Below the pieces are notes generated by a model, which was given only the letters and a program-made list of their open reading frames with translations, was not told the DNA's origin and made no database searches. A DNA stretch of 64,000 bases, taken from contig NC_086097.1 in assembly GCF_963921235.1 (NCBI RefSeq), forward strand, positions 72,294,001-72,358,000, written 5' to 3'. The translations under genes were made by a program, and so were the position numbers. This DNA is from Mobula hypostoma. Taxonomy: Eukaryota. Shown here piece after piece: positions 1 through 12,140 of this stretch (position 1 is the first letter of the stretch; each line of letters opens with the position of its first letter).

Positions 1-590
1 GGTGGGGAGAGCTAGTTTCTAATAATTAAGGAAATAGAAGAAGGCATCAAGCCAAAAGCTCATGCATACAAAGTTTCAAAGAGTTGTGGGAAAGTAGTTG
101 AGAAAACGTTTAAAAAACAACAAAGAACCACTAAGAAAGCAATAAGGAAATGAAAGATGGATTTTGAACGTAAACTAGCACAAAATATAGACAGTAAAAA
201 ATTTGTAATTATATAATGCTGAAAAGGGAGGCTAAAGTGAATGTAGGTCCCTTGGAAGATGAGAATGGGGAGTTAACATTGGGCAACGTGGAAATGGCCA
301 AGGCCTTAAACAACTTTTTTTTGTGCTATCCTTGCAGTGGGGGATGCATCTAACATGCCAAAGTGTGATGTCATGGATTCGATAGAACGTGAGGATCTCG
401 ATACAATCGCTGTCACTAATGAGTTAGTGCTGAACAAACAAATGGACCTAAAGATAAACTAGATCCTGGTCTCAATGGAATGGACAGAAATAAATGACAA
501 AAGTTATGGTTATTATGTTTGTAAAAATTTATCAAAGTTCTCTGAACTCTGGGCAGGACACAGCAAGTTGGAAGAGAGCAACACTCTGTA
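1..590 (+). mobile_element. Decayed CR1-type LINE ORF2 fragment (region upstream of RT)
   Basis: Resembles the 31700-32250 part of the CR1 in this window (aaactagca..., gaaatggc...aa...ttt, cctggt); many stops. Confidence 0.6.
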
Positions 591-639
591 CATTTGTAAC
601 AAAATCTCGCTGCCTTTAAACTCTAATTCTTTGCAATAT

Positions 640-1060
640 GAGTTATGTGCCTAACATTTCCTGACTACTATTTGTATTTCATGTGCTCAAATCACTTTGA
701 GTTTCACTCACTTACAGTCTCTCTCCATTTCGATAATAATATGCTTTTGATTTCTGTTACTGAGGTACATAACCTCACATTTCCTCACATGAAATTTCAT
801 TGGCCTGTTGTTCGCCCATTGTCTAATCCATTGTAGAATCATAGTTTCCTTGTCACAATATATCTTTATACATACTTTCACATATTCAGCAAGTTGGGAA
901 ATACTGCATACTATTCCATCCTCCAGGTCATTAATGTAAATAGTGAATGATCGTGGGCCAAGAAATGAACCCTGCAGTACTTCACTTGTTATTTAATTCC
1001 AACATGAAAAGATCAATTTATTCCAATTCTCTGTTTTCTATGTAATAGCCAGTTTGGTTA
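640..1060 (-). mobile_element. Old CR1-type RT fragment
   Basis: Reverse strand of 955-992 encodes a degenerate TSEVLQGSFLGP motif (cf. TSGVPQGSVLGP). Confidence 0.5.
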
Positions 1061-1444
1061 AAGGCACGGATTTAAGAAACATCTTAAAGAAGGAAAAAGT
1101 GATAAAGCAGCAGAGGATTTAAGGAGACAATTCCAAAGATTAGGGTCTTGTCTAGTGAAGCATGAAGTGTGATGGTGGAGTTATTAAATTAGGGGATGCT
1201 TTAGAGGACAAAGTTAGAGAATTATCGATATCATGTCAGGAGATAGAGCTGGTGGTGATTGTGGAAGGTGGTAATATGAAAAGAAGGATAACTATTTTAA
1301 AATCAAGACCTTGCTTAACTGGGAGAAAGTATAGGCCAGCAAGCAGAGGCTGGCAGGTAAATGAAATGTATTGTGTAGTAGGAATGAAGGACAGCAGCTT
1401 TGAATGGTCTCATTTACAGAGTTGAAATCATGAGGCTGCTTAAC

Positions 1445-2545
1445 AAGTTAAGAGGCCATGGTATTACAAGAAAATACGAGCATGGGTAAAGCATTGTGGA
1501 TTGGCAGGAGGCAAAGAGTGGAAATAAAGAGAGCCTTTTCTGATTGACTGCCAGTGACTAGATGTGTTCCACAAGGGTCTGTGTTGGAACCACTTCTTTT
1601 TACATTATATGTCATTGACTTGGATGACAGAATTGATGACTTTGTGACCAAGTTTGCAGACGATATGGAGACAGATGAAGGGGTAAGTAGTTTTGAGGAA
1701 ATGGAGAGGCTACAGAAGGACTGATTAGAAGACTGGGTAATAAAGTGGCAGATGGAATACAATGTTATGAAGTGTATGGCCAATCACTTTGGTAGAAGAA
1801 ATAAAAGGGTAGACTGTTTTCTAAGTGGAGAAATGATTCAAAAATCTGAGGTGTAATGGGACCTGGAAGTCCTTGTGCTGGGTTCCCAAGTTTAATTTGC
1901 AGATTGAGTAAGTGGTGAGGAAGGCAAATGCGATGTTAGCATTCATTTCAAGAGAACTAGAATATAAAAGCAAGGATGTAATGTTGAGGCTTTATGAAGC
2001 ACTGGTGAGGCCTCACTTGGAGTATTGTGAACTGTTTTGGGCCATTTATCTAAGAAAGGAGGTGCTGACCTTGGAGAGGGTTCAATGGAGGTTCACAAAA
2101 ATGATTCCAGGATTGAAAGTCTTGTCATATGAGGAGTGTTTGATGACTCTGGGCCCCTACTAACTGGAACTCAGAAGAATGAGGGATGACCTCATTGAAA
2201 TCTATATAAGGCCTCGATAAAATGGTTGTGGAAAGGTTGGTGGGAGAGTCTAAGACCAGAGAACACAGCCTCAGAATAGAGGGGCAGCCTTTTAGAACAG
2301 AGATGAGGAGGAATTTTTTTAGCCAGAGAGTGGTGAATCTGTGGTATTAGTTGTCACAAGCAGCTATGGAGGCCAAGACATTGGGTATACTTAAGGTTGC
2401 TAGATTCTTGATTAGTCAGGACATGAAGGGATATGAGGAGAGGCAGGATATTGGGCTGAGGAGGAAAATGGATCAGCCATGATGAAATGGAGGAGCAGCC
2501 TTGATAGCCAAATAGCCTAATTCTGCTCCTATATCTTATTGTCTT
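1445..2545 (+). mobile_element. 5'-truncated CR1 LINE (RT C-terminal half plus 3' tail)
   Basis: VPQGSVLEP, KFADD and LVRPHLEYC motifs; ends in the CR1 tail gcctaattctgctcctatatcttattgtctta. Confidence 0.85.
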
Positions 2546-2922
2546 ATTATTGGAAAAATAGTGTATTGAGATAAAAAAAAAGACATGGTTGAGGGTTTCA
2601 TAAGAACACGAGCAGAGACTAAGGGCAGTTTTGGACAATCGTTCAGATTATCTAGGTGATCGAGGCAATAGCAAGGATTCAAGCTTTGATGCAGATTATA
2701 CAGACACCATTGCCATTTTGCATCATGTAGCACTACCCAACTTTTCCATTCTACCGATAAAAATAATTGGTTTCCTGCAAGGCAGCAACTTGCAGTGCTG
2801 ACTCAACTACCACTCATAGCTTCGAATGAGAGAATGGTGCCAAAGGAAAAGAACAAGAAATACAGTTGCAGCACCTCTCAGTGACTGCAGCCAGAACTAC
2901 AGTGTCAGCACCTGTCAACATT

Positions 2923-3279
2923 AACACGAGGAATTCTGCAGATGCTGGAAATTCAAGCAACACACATCAAAGTTGCTGGTGAATGCAGCAGGCCAGGCAG
3001 CATCTCTAGGAAGAGGTACAGTCGACGTTTCGGGCCGAGACCCTTCGTCAGGACTAACTGAAGGAAGAGCTAGTAAGAGATTTGAAAGTTGGAGGGGGAG
3101 GGGGAGATCCAAAATGATAGGAGAAGACAGGAGGGGGAGGGATGGAACCAAGAGCTGGACAGGTGATTGGCAAAAGGGATATGAGAGGATCATGGGACAG
3201 GAGGCCCAGGGAGAAGGAAAGGGGGGGGGGAACCCAGAGGATGGAAAAGGGGTATATATTTAACATTCAACAGGGGTAT
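2923..3279 (-). mobile_element. Penelope-like element 3' fragment (3'UTR, hammerhead, tail)
   Basis: Near-identical to 7295-7627; flanked by 13-bp direct repeat acctgtcaacatt (2910-2922, 3280-3292). Confidence 0.9.
3019..3060 (-). ncRNA. Minimal type I hammerhead ribozyme (PLE-associated)
   Basis: Reverse complement cagttagtc-CTGACGA-agggtctcggccc-GAAAC-GTC-gactg: catalytic core, stem I agtc/gact, stem II GGGU/GCCC, palindromic ACGU in place of stem III. Confidence 0.85.
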
Positions 3280-3937
3280 ACCTGTCAACATTGCTGGGAC
3301 TTCCTGCCCATCACACCTGAAAATGAGTGCAAGGAGAAATATGTTAGAGATCATCTAAATAATATAAGCTTTATGAGCATTAGATCTCCATTTACAATTC
3401 CAATTGGTGGAAGATATTGAAAATATATTTCTCAAATAAGCATAATTTATTATGCAAGACAATTTAATGTGTTCATTTATGCATTCATAAACAAATCTTT
3501 AGTCCAGAATATGCACTTAAGGGTAAAGTATTCTGAAAGCAATACCATTTCAAAAATACAATCCATAATCTAGGATAATCTTTTTTTGCGCAGGAATTAA
3601 TGTGCTAAATCAAATCTACTGTAAAGATACTCAAGTATCTTTAATACTGGTGAATGAAATGATACTACAAGAGATCTTAAGATAATTTCATTAGTGCCTT
3701 AACAACGTGCAAGGGAAGAGATAGGTATTAACTATCTAAAAGTGTGAAATAATTATCACAAAATAAAGCTGTAGAAGTGGGTGAGCCTAGAAGATAATAA
3801 ATGATCATCAGCAAAGCAGAGATTTAAAACAGGTGACTTTAGCTATTGTGGATACTCAAATTGTCCTCTTCCACCATTCTGTAGATTCTGAAATTGTTCC
3901 TGTGGATCAAAGGGCAGTGAATCTGATTCAGAAGAGA

Positions 3938-4062
3938 TTCTGAACATGCTGGAAATCCAGAGTAACGCACGTAAAATGCTAGAAGAACTCAGCAGGTCAG
4001 GTAGCATCTATGGAAAAGAATAATGAGTCAATGCTTTGGGCTGAGACCCTTCATCAAGATTG
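3938..4062 (-). mobile_element. Degenerate PLE 3' tail with decayed hammerhead (older subfamily)
   Basis: Reverse complement has ttgatgaagggtctcagcccaaagcattgact followed by the agatgct...ctgctgagttc tail. Confidence 0.65.
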
Positions 4063-4724
4063 ATGAATGCATCTGATTACTGTATTCAAGAAAAGAGGGA
4101 GAGAGGAAACCAGTGACTACCAACTTATTTGCCAATGTTAGGGAAAAGGCTGGGATCTAAAATGAAGGATATACACCTTAAAAAAATGACAGGATTGAAC
4201 AAGGTCAGTGTGGACTAATGAGGAGAAAATTAGTTGGAGGTCTTTGAGAATATGACTGGTAGAATAACTAAGAAGGAAACAGTGGTATGATGTTCATATA
4301 TGGGTTTCCAGATGGATTTTGATATTGATAATATTTTGTACAGAAGGCTGGTTGAGAAGGTTAAAACAGGTTCAATTAAGAGTACTGTAATATACTGACA
4401 AACTGAGAATTGGTTACTGAACAGAAAGTAGAGAGCAGTAGAAAATGGATCCTCATCAAGTTTGCAGGCTTTAACAAGTGGGATACCTCATGAATCAGTG
4501 TTTCGGCCCCAGTGATTCACAGTGGTTTGGCCAGCAGAACCAGACGTGCTGATGATAGTGAATCAGGTGGGATTGTGAGTAGAGAACAGAATGTAAGCAG
4601 GATTCAAAGGGATTTGAACAACTCAAGTCAGTTGGTGAGAACATGGTGCAAGATATACAATGTGAAAAATGTGTGGTCACCCAATTTGGTGAACAGAACA
4701 GAAAAGCAGGGTATTGATAGATAG

Positions 4725-4854
4725 ATAAATCCCTTACTCACTCTTCCTTCAGTTAGTCCTGACGAAGGGTCTCGGCCTGAAACGTCGACTGCGCCTCTTC
4801 CTATAGTTGCTGCTTGGCCTGCTGCGTTCACCAGCAACTTTGATGTATGTTGTT
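4725..4854 (+). mobile_element. PLE 3' fragment with hammerhead
   Basis: Matches 12077-12202; 13-bp TSD tattgatagatag (4712-4724, 4855-4867). Confidence 0.9.
4750..4791 (+). ncRNA. Minimal hammerhead ribozyme
   Basis: cagttagtc-CTGACGA-agggtctcggcct-GAAAC-GTC-gactg; predicted cleavage after C4786. Confidence 0.85.
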
Positions 4855-5486
4855 TATTGATAGATAGTGATAGTTTAGGGGGTGTTGCTATTCAAAGACA
4901 CCTTGGTGTGCAGGTACCCAAATCATTGAAGATGAATACAAAAGCCTAGCAAGCACTGGGCAGAACAAATGGGAGAATAATCCTAATTATGAGAGGGCTA
5001 GATTAGGAGTAAATAAGTCCTATAATAACTGGACTTAGTGAGTCTCGATCTGGAGTACTGTGTACAGTTTAGCCCGCTTACCTAGGAGGCAATGTGTTTG
5101 CCCTAGCAGGAATGCAGTAACGATGTACTAGATTGATTCCAGGGATGGCATTTTGCCCTATAAGGAGAGATTGTATAAAATGAAATTGTTTTCCTTAGAC
5201 TTTAGAAGAATGAAAGCAGATCCAGTTGAAACTTCTTACATTGTCTAAAGAGTTTGACAGGTGAGAGACTGGCACATTGCTTTCCCTACCTGAAGAATCT
5301 AGGATCAGGGGGCAAGGTTTGAAAATAAAGCGTAAACGATTTAGGATTAAGGTGCAGAGAAATTTCCACCCTCAGAAGGTGGAGGATCTTTGCAATTCTC
5401 AACTGTGGTTGACTGTCAAAGTCAGTCATTGTACTTATACCAAACAAAGGTTGATAGAATTCTGAACATTGATAAAATTAAGAGAC

Positions 5487-5620
5487 TTAGTCCTGAAGAA
5501 AGATCTCAGCCCGAAACATCAATTATCTGTTCATTTCCATAGATGCTACCTGACCTGTTGAGTTCCTCCAGCATTTTTATGTGTGTTGCTTTGGATTTCC
5601 AACATCTGCAGACTTTCTCA
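5487..5620 (+). mobile_element. Degenerate PLE tail with hammerhead remnant
   Basis: agtcCTGAAGAaagatctcagcccGAAACATC followed by the agatgct...ttgagttcctccagca...catctgcag tail. Confidence 0.7.
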
Positions 5621-6423
5621 TGGACGATGCTGGAAAGGGGCATGGATCTTGATGAATAACAGAACAGGCCTGAAGTGATCTCTGGGCTACACCTGCTCCT
5701 GTTTCTTACGTTGTCATGCTCTTTTGAGGTTCAAAATAATGGCCGAGCCATTCAAGAATACACAGATAAGATCAAAAGCCAGGAAGTTCACATGGAGCAG
5801 TGTAATAGATAAATGTTAATTGACACAAAAATCTCTGCTACAGATGAGATTGGATGAGTTCTGGGGGTGGGGGAAAGCTCAGTATTTACAAGATGGTTGT
5901 GTTGGGAGACTGGCTGAATGGACTGATCAAGCACAGATTGAATTGGGTGTTAAGAGGAGAATGCGCTGCAATGTAGAAGCAGTTCAAAAGCTCTAAACAT
6001 ACTGTAAGAGATGCCACAGCAGGTATTGGTTTCTTCGTGTCAGTCCCAATGCAGCAAAAACACTGCGCAGCAAGATAAACTGAAAAGTGACGGCCGAATT
6101 AAAATCTTGGAGACAGTCCAGAAAGGGAAAGTCAATAGACCTGATTTTGAGATTTTGAGAGGAATGGCAGGCAAGTGGGCATGTGAATGTGGGATGATGT
6201 GAAAGCAGAGGCATAAAGTTGGAACTACTTAAAAAAATCCCAAAGTAGAGATTGTTGTATTCATGATATCCTGTAACATTCCAAATATACTGTATCACTG
6301 TAGCCCCACTTGCTTAGTGCCGGTAACCATAGTTAAATTTAATATTAACAGTTGAGTATTAGAATATGTAACACATTGGGCCAGAATACATCAATCTAAG
6401 CTGATGTTGTAGAGTCATTGGGT

Positions 6424-7130
6424 CATAGAACACTACAATACAGAAACAGGCCGTTCGGCCCTTCCTGTCCATGCCCAACCATAAATCACCTTAGTCTCAT
6501 CACTTTGCACCCAGACCATACCCCTCCCATCCATGTACCTATCCAAATTTCTCTTAAATGTTGAAATCAACATGCATCCATCACTTCTGCTGACAGCTCG
6601 TTCCACACTCTCACCACCCTCTGAGTAAAAAAACTCCCCCTCATGTTCCACTTAATTATTTCACCTTTCACCCTTCATTCATAACCTCAATTCTCGTGTC
6701 ACCCAACCTCAGTGGGAAATGCCTGCTTCTATTTAACCAATCAATAGCCCTCATAATTTTGTATACATCTATCAAACATCCCCTCATTCCCCTGTGCTCC
6801 AGGGAATAAAGTCCAAACCATTTATCCTTTCCCCATAACTCAGTTCCTCATAACTCGTCAACATCCTAGTAAAACTTTTTTGCTTGTTTTTCAATCTTAA
6901 TGATATCTTTCCTGTAGGTTACCAGTTCTTCACATAATACTTCAGATTAGGCTTCACTAATGTCTTATACAACTTCAACATAACATCCTAATTCCTGTAC
7001 TCAATAGATTGATTTATGAAGGCCAATGTGTCAAAATCTCTCCTCACAATCGTATTGAACTCTGACGCCACTTGCAAGGAGTTATGGAACTGTTTGTCCA
7101 GATCCTTCTGTCCTACCATGTTCCTAAGGG
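6424..7130 (-). mobile_element. CR1 LINE 3' end
   Basis: Reverse CR1 tail (atagaacactacaatacagaaacaggccgttcggccc) and STFKRNLDRYMD-like C-terminus. Confidence 0.75.
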
Positions 7131-7388
7131 GTCTCGAGGTAACTTATCATGCTAGCCCCACAGCCACATTGAATTTCTGGAGAAGAAAACTCCTAAGGAT
7201 CTGCTAGGACCATCACCACAACCCTGCAATGAATAGCGAATGAGGTATTCATGTCCAAAATAAAGCCAAAGAGGCTAAATGAAGTGTATTAAAACAACAG
7301 GAATTCTGCAGATGCTGGAAATTCAAGCAACACACATCAAAGTTGCTGGTGAACACAGCAGGCCAGGAAGCATCTGTAGGAAGAGGTG

Positions 7389-7430
7389 CAGTCGACGTTT
7401 CAGGCCGAGACCCTTCGTCAGGACTAACTG
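7389..7430 (-). ncRNA. Minimal hammerhead ribozyme (left arm)
   Basis: Reverse complement is identical to 4750-4791. Confidence 0.85.
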
Positions 7431-7718
7431 AAGGAAGAGTGAGTAAGGAATTTGAAAGTTGGAGGGGGAGGGGGAGATCCAAATTGATAGGAGAGGACAG
7501 GAGGGGGAGGGATGGAGCCAAGAGCCGGACAGGTGATAGGCAAAAGGGATACGAGAGGATCATGGGACAGGAGGTCCGGGAAGAAAGACAAGGGGGGGGG
7601 GACCCAGAGGATGGGCAAGGGGTATATTCAGAGGGACAGAGGGAGAAAAAGGAGAGTGAGAGAAAGAATGTGTGTATAAAAATAAGTAACAGATGGGGTA
7701 CGAAGGGGTGGTGGGGCA

Positions 7719-10473
7719 TTAGCGGAAGTTAGAGAAGTCGATGTTCATGCCATCAGGTTGGAGGCTACCCAGACGGAATATAAGGTGTTGTTCCTCCAAC
7801 CTGAGTGTGGCTTCATCTTTACAGTAGAGGAGGCCGTGGATGGACATGTCAGAATGGGAATGGGATGTGGAATTAAAATGTGTGGCCACTGGGAGATCCT
7901 GCTTTCTCTGCCGGACAGAGCGTAGATGTTCAGCAAAGCGGTCTCCCAGTCTGCGTCGGGTCTCGCCAATATATTAAAGGCCACATCGGGAGCACCGGAT
8001 GCAGTATATCACCCCAGTCGACTCACAGGTGAAGTGTTGCCTCACCTGGAAGGACTGTTTGGGGCCCTGAATGGTGGTAAGGGAGGAAGTGTAAGGGCAT
8101 GTGTAGCACTTGTTCCGCTTACACGGATAAGTGCCAGGAGGGAGATCAGTGGGGAGGGATGGGGGGGACGAATGGACAAGGGAGTTGTGTAGGGAGCGAT
8201 CCCTGCGGAATGCAGGGGGGGGGAGGGAAAGATGTGCTTAGTGCTGGGATCCCGTTGGAGGTGGCGGAAGTTACGGAGAATAATATGTTGGACCCGGAGG
8301 CTGGTGGGGTGGTAGGTGAGGACCAGGGGAACCCTATTCCTAGTGGGGTGGCGGGAGGATGGAGTGAGAGCAGATGTACGTGAAATGGGGGAGATGTGTT
8401 TAAGAGCAGAGTTGATAGTGGAGGAAGGGAAGCCCCTTTCTTTAAAAAAGGAAGACATCTCCCTCATCCTAGAATGAAAAGCCTCATCCTGAGAGCAGAT
8501 GCGGCGGAGACGGAGGAATTGCGAGAAGGGGATGGCATTTTTGCAAGAGACAGGGTGAGAAGAGGAATAGTCCAGATAGCTGTGAGAGTCAGTAGGCTTA
8601 TAGTAGACATCAGTGGATAAGCTGTCTCCAGAGACAGAGAGAAAGATCTAGAAAGGGGAGGGAGGTGTCGGAGATGGACCAGGTAAACTTAAGGGCAGGG
8701 TGAAAGTTGGAGGCAAAGTTAATAAAGTCAATGAGTTCTGCATGCGTGCAGGAAGCAGCGCCAATGCAGTCATCGATGTAGCGAAGGAAAAGTGGGGGAC
8801 AGATACCAGAATAGGCACGGAACATAGATTGTTCCACAAACCCAACAAAAAGGCAGGCATAGCTCGGACCCATACGGGTGCCCATAGCTACACCTTTAGT
8901 TTGGAGGAAGTGGGAGGAGCCAAAGGAGAAATTATTAAGAGTAAGGAGTAATTCCGCTAGACGGAGCAGAGTGGTGGCAGAGGGGAACTGATTCGGTCTG
9001 GAATCCAAAAAGAAGCGTAGAGCTTTGAGACCTTCCTGATGGGGGATGGAAGTATATAAGGACTGGACATCCATGGTGAAAATAAAGCGGTGGGGGCCAG
9101 GGAACTTAAAATCATCGAAAAGTTTAAGAGCGTGAGAAGTGTCACGAACATAGGTCGGAAGGGATTGAACAAGGGGGGGATAAAACCGTGTCGAGGTATG
9201 CAGAAACGAGTTCGGTGGGGCAGGAGCAAGCTGAGACAATAGGTCGGCCAGGACAGGCAGGTTTGTGGATCTTGGGTAGGAGGTAGAATCGGGAAGTGCG
9301 GGGTGTGGGAACTATAAAGTTGGTAGCAATGGATGGGAGATCCCCTGAGCGGATAAAGTCGGTGATGGTGTGGGAGACATTGGCCTGGTGCTCCTTAGTG
9401 GGGTCACGATCGAGGGGTAAATAAGAGGAGGTATCCGCGAGTTGTCGCTGTGCCTCGGCAAGGTAGAGGTCAGTACGCCAGACTACAACAGCACCCCCCT
9501 TATCAGCGGGTTTAATAATAAGGTTAGGATTAGTGCGCAGGGAGTGGAGAGCAGAGCGTTCCGAAGGAGTGAGGTTGGAATAGGGACAAGGTGCGGTGAA
9601 GTCGAGACGGTTGATGTCCCGTCGGCAGTTAGCAATAAAGAGATCCAGAGCAGGCAGAAGACCAGAGCGGGGTGTCCATGAAGAAGAGGAGGGTTGAAGA
9701 CAGGAGAAGGGGTCATCGGTGGGGGTGGAAGAGTCCTTGCCAAAGAAGTAGGCTCGGAGACGGAGACGGCGGAAGAAAAGTTCCGCATCATGGCGAACAC
9801 GGAACTCGCTGAGGTGTGGGCGACGGGGGACAAACGTGAGGCCCTTACTGAGAACAGAGCGTTCTGCCTCCGACAGTTGAAGGTCGGAGGGGATGGTAAA
9901 GACCCGGCACGGATGAGAGCTGGGATCAGAGGGGGGAGAGGGGAGGCTGGGTGTGTGAATGGAGAGGGAAGGGTTGGGGTGAGAGGAAGATGGAGCCTCC
10001 AAGGGCCCAGGAGCTGACGATGGGATCTGAAGGAGACGGGATTGCAGAGTATTGGTGGTGGAAGGGGAGACGGGAGTCACAACAGCAGCGCATAAAGACC
10101 CGGCCTGGAGCTCAAGGCTGGAGTTGCAGTTGGTGGTTGCGCAATCGCTGTGAAGGTGTCCATGGTCGTTGCTGGAGTCCGGGTTTTGAATATGTCCTGA
10201 GGTGTTGGAGCCTGCGAGATCAATGGCAGATGCCGCAATCTGAAGTTCATGCCTGCTAGTTTCAGGGCCAGCAGGCTCTGGAGTCCGTAGATGTAGGATC
10301 TTGCGATCTTTGCCTAACATGACAAAGTAAAAAAAAAACGGCGATTGCAGGCGTGAATCCGACGGAGGATGAAATAACGGGTAGGACCATTACAGACGGC
10401 GAAGAAAGTGTCCCGAAGGTGTGGAAGGGTCTGGGATAGGGACACCCAGTACCTCCTCATGGCGGAGAGAGTC
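7719..10473 (-). pseudogene. PLE polyprotein (N-terminal domain, RT, Cys linker, GIY-YIG endonuclease); 5'-truncated and frameshifted
   Basis: LSKGLTFVP, IIKPADKGGAVVV, FYLLPKIHK...GRPIVS, MDVQSLYTSIP, KGVAMGT, RYIDD; frameshifts at simple repeats (about 10330, 9175, 8640, 8215); in-frame TAA at 7974-7976; natural stop 7719-7721. Confidence 0.93.
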
Positions 10474-10488
10474 ATTATATACATTATA

Positions 10489-11848
10489 GGATGTCCAGTC
10501 CTTATATACTTCCATCCCCCATCAGGAAGGTCTTAAAGCTCTACGCTTCTTTTTGGATTCCAGATCTAATCAGTTCCCCTCTACCACCACTCTGCTCCGT
10601 CTAGCGGAATTAGTCTTTACTCTTAATAATTTCTCCTTTGGCTCCTCCCACTTCCTCCAAACTAAAGGTGTAGCTATGGGCACCCCTATGGGTCCTAGCT
10701 ATGCCTGCCTTTTTGTTGGGTTTGTGGAACAATCTATGTTCCGTGCCTATTCTGGTATCTGTCCCCCACTTTTCCTTCGCTACATCGATGACTGCATTGG
10801 CGCTGCTTCCTGCACGCATGCAGAACTCGTTGACTTTATTAACTTTGCCTCCAACTTTCACCCTGCCCTCAAGTTTACCTGGTCCATTTCCGACACCTCC
10901 CTCCCCTTTCTAGATCTTTCTGTCTCTGTCTCTGGAGACAGCTTATCCACTGATGTCTACTATAAGCCTACTGACTCTCACAGCTATCTGGACTATTCCT
11001 CTTCTCACCCCGTCTCTTGCAAAAATGCCATCCCCTTCTCGCAATTCCTCCATCTCCGCCGCATCTGCTCTCAGGATGAGGCTTTTCATTCTAGGACGAG
11101 GGAGATGTCTTCCTTTTTTAAAGAAAGGGGCTTCCCTTCCTCCACTATCAACTCTGCTCTTAAACGCATCTCCCCCATTTCACGTACATCTGCTCTCACT
11201 CCATCCTCCCGCCACCCCACTAGGAATAGGGTTCCCCTGGTCCTCACCTACCACCCCACCAGCCTCCGGGTCCAACATATTATTCTCCGTAACTTCCGCC
11301 ACATCCAACGGGATCCCACCACTAAGCACATCTTTCCCTCCCCCCCTCTCTCTGCATTCCACAGGGATCGCTCCCTACACAACTCCCTTGTCCATTCGTC
11401 CCCCCCATCCCTCCCCACTGATCTCCCTCCTGGCACTTATCCGTGTAAGCGGAACAAGTGCTACACATGCCCTTACACTTCCTCCCTTACCACCATTCAG
11501 GGCCCCAAACAATCCTTCCAGGTGAGGCAACACTTCACCTGTGAGTCGACTGGGGTGATATACTGCATCAGGTGCTCCCGATGTGGCCTTTAATATATTG
11601 GCGAGACCCGACGCAGACTGGGAGACCGCTTTGCTGAACATCTACGCTCTATCTGGCAGAGAAAGCAGGATCTCCCAGTGGCCACACATTTTAATTCCAC
11701 ATCCCATTCCCATTCTGACATGTCCATCCACGGCCTCCTCTACTGTAAAGATGAAGCCACACTCAGGTTGGAGGAACAACACCTTATATTCCATCTGGGT
11801 AGCCTCCAACCTGATGGCATGAACATCGACTTCTCTAACTTCCACTAA
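10489..11848 (+). pseudogene. PLE RT C-terminal half plus GIY-YIG endonuclease; 5'-truncated, one in-frame stop
   Basis: KGVAMGT, RYIDD, FLDL, YYKPTD, CKRNKCYTC...FTCESTGVIYCIRCSRCGL*YIGETRRRLGDRFAEH...GMNIDFSNFH*; the Cys-rich linker is typical of the Neptune clade. Confidence 0.93.
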
Positions 11849-12098
11849 GGCCCCACCTCCCCCTCGTACCCCATCTGTTACTCATTTTTATGCACACATT
11901 CTTTCTCTCACTCTTTTTCTCCCTCTGTCCCTCTGAATATACCTCTTTCCCATCCTCTGGGTCCCCCCCCACTTCTTGTCTTTCTTCCCGGACCTCCTGT
12001 CCCATGATCCTCTCATATCCCCTTTTGCCTATCACCTGTCCAGCTCTTGGCTCTATCCCTCCCCCTCCAACTTTCAAATCCCTTACTCACTCTTCCTT

Positions 12099-12140
12099 CA
12101 GTTAGTCCTGACGAAGGGTCTCGGCCTGAAATGTCAACTG
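12099..12140 (+). ncRNA. Hammerhead ribozyme (right arm), CpG-decayed
   Basis: CTGACGA...GAAATGTCaactg; two CpG-type transitions relative to GAAACGTCgactg. Confidence 0.7.

Larger units (their letters stand above)
3830..5720 (+). mobile_element. Older decayed CR1 LINE interrupted by three PLE tail insertions
   Basis: Degenerate RT motifs (SGIPHESVFRP, ADD, LEYCVQF) and CR1-type tail ending acctgctcctgtttcttacg. Confidence 0.7.
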
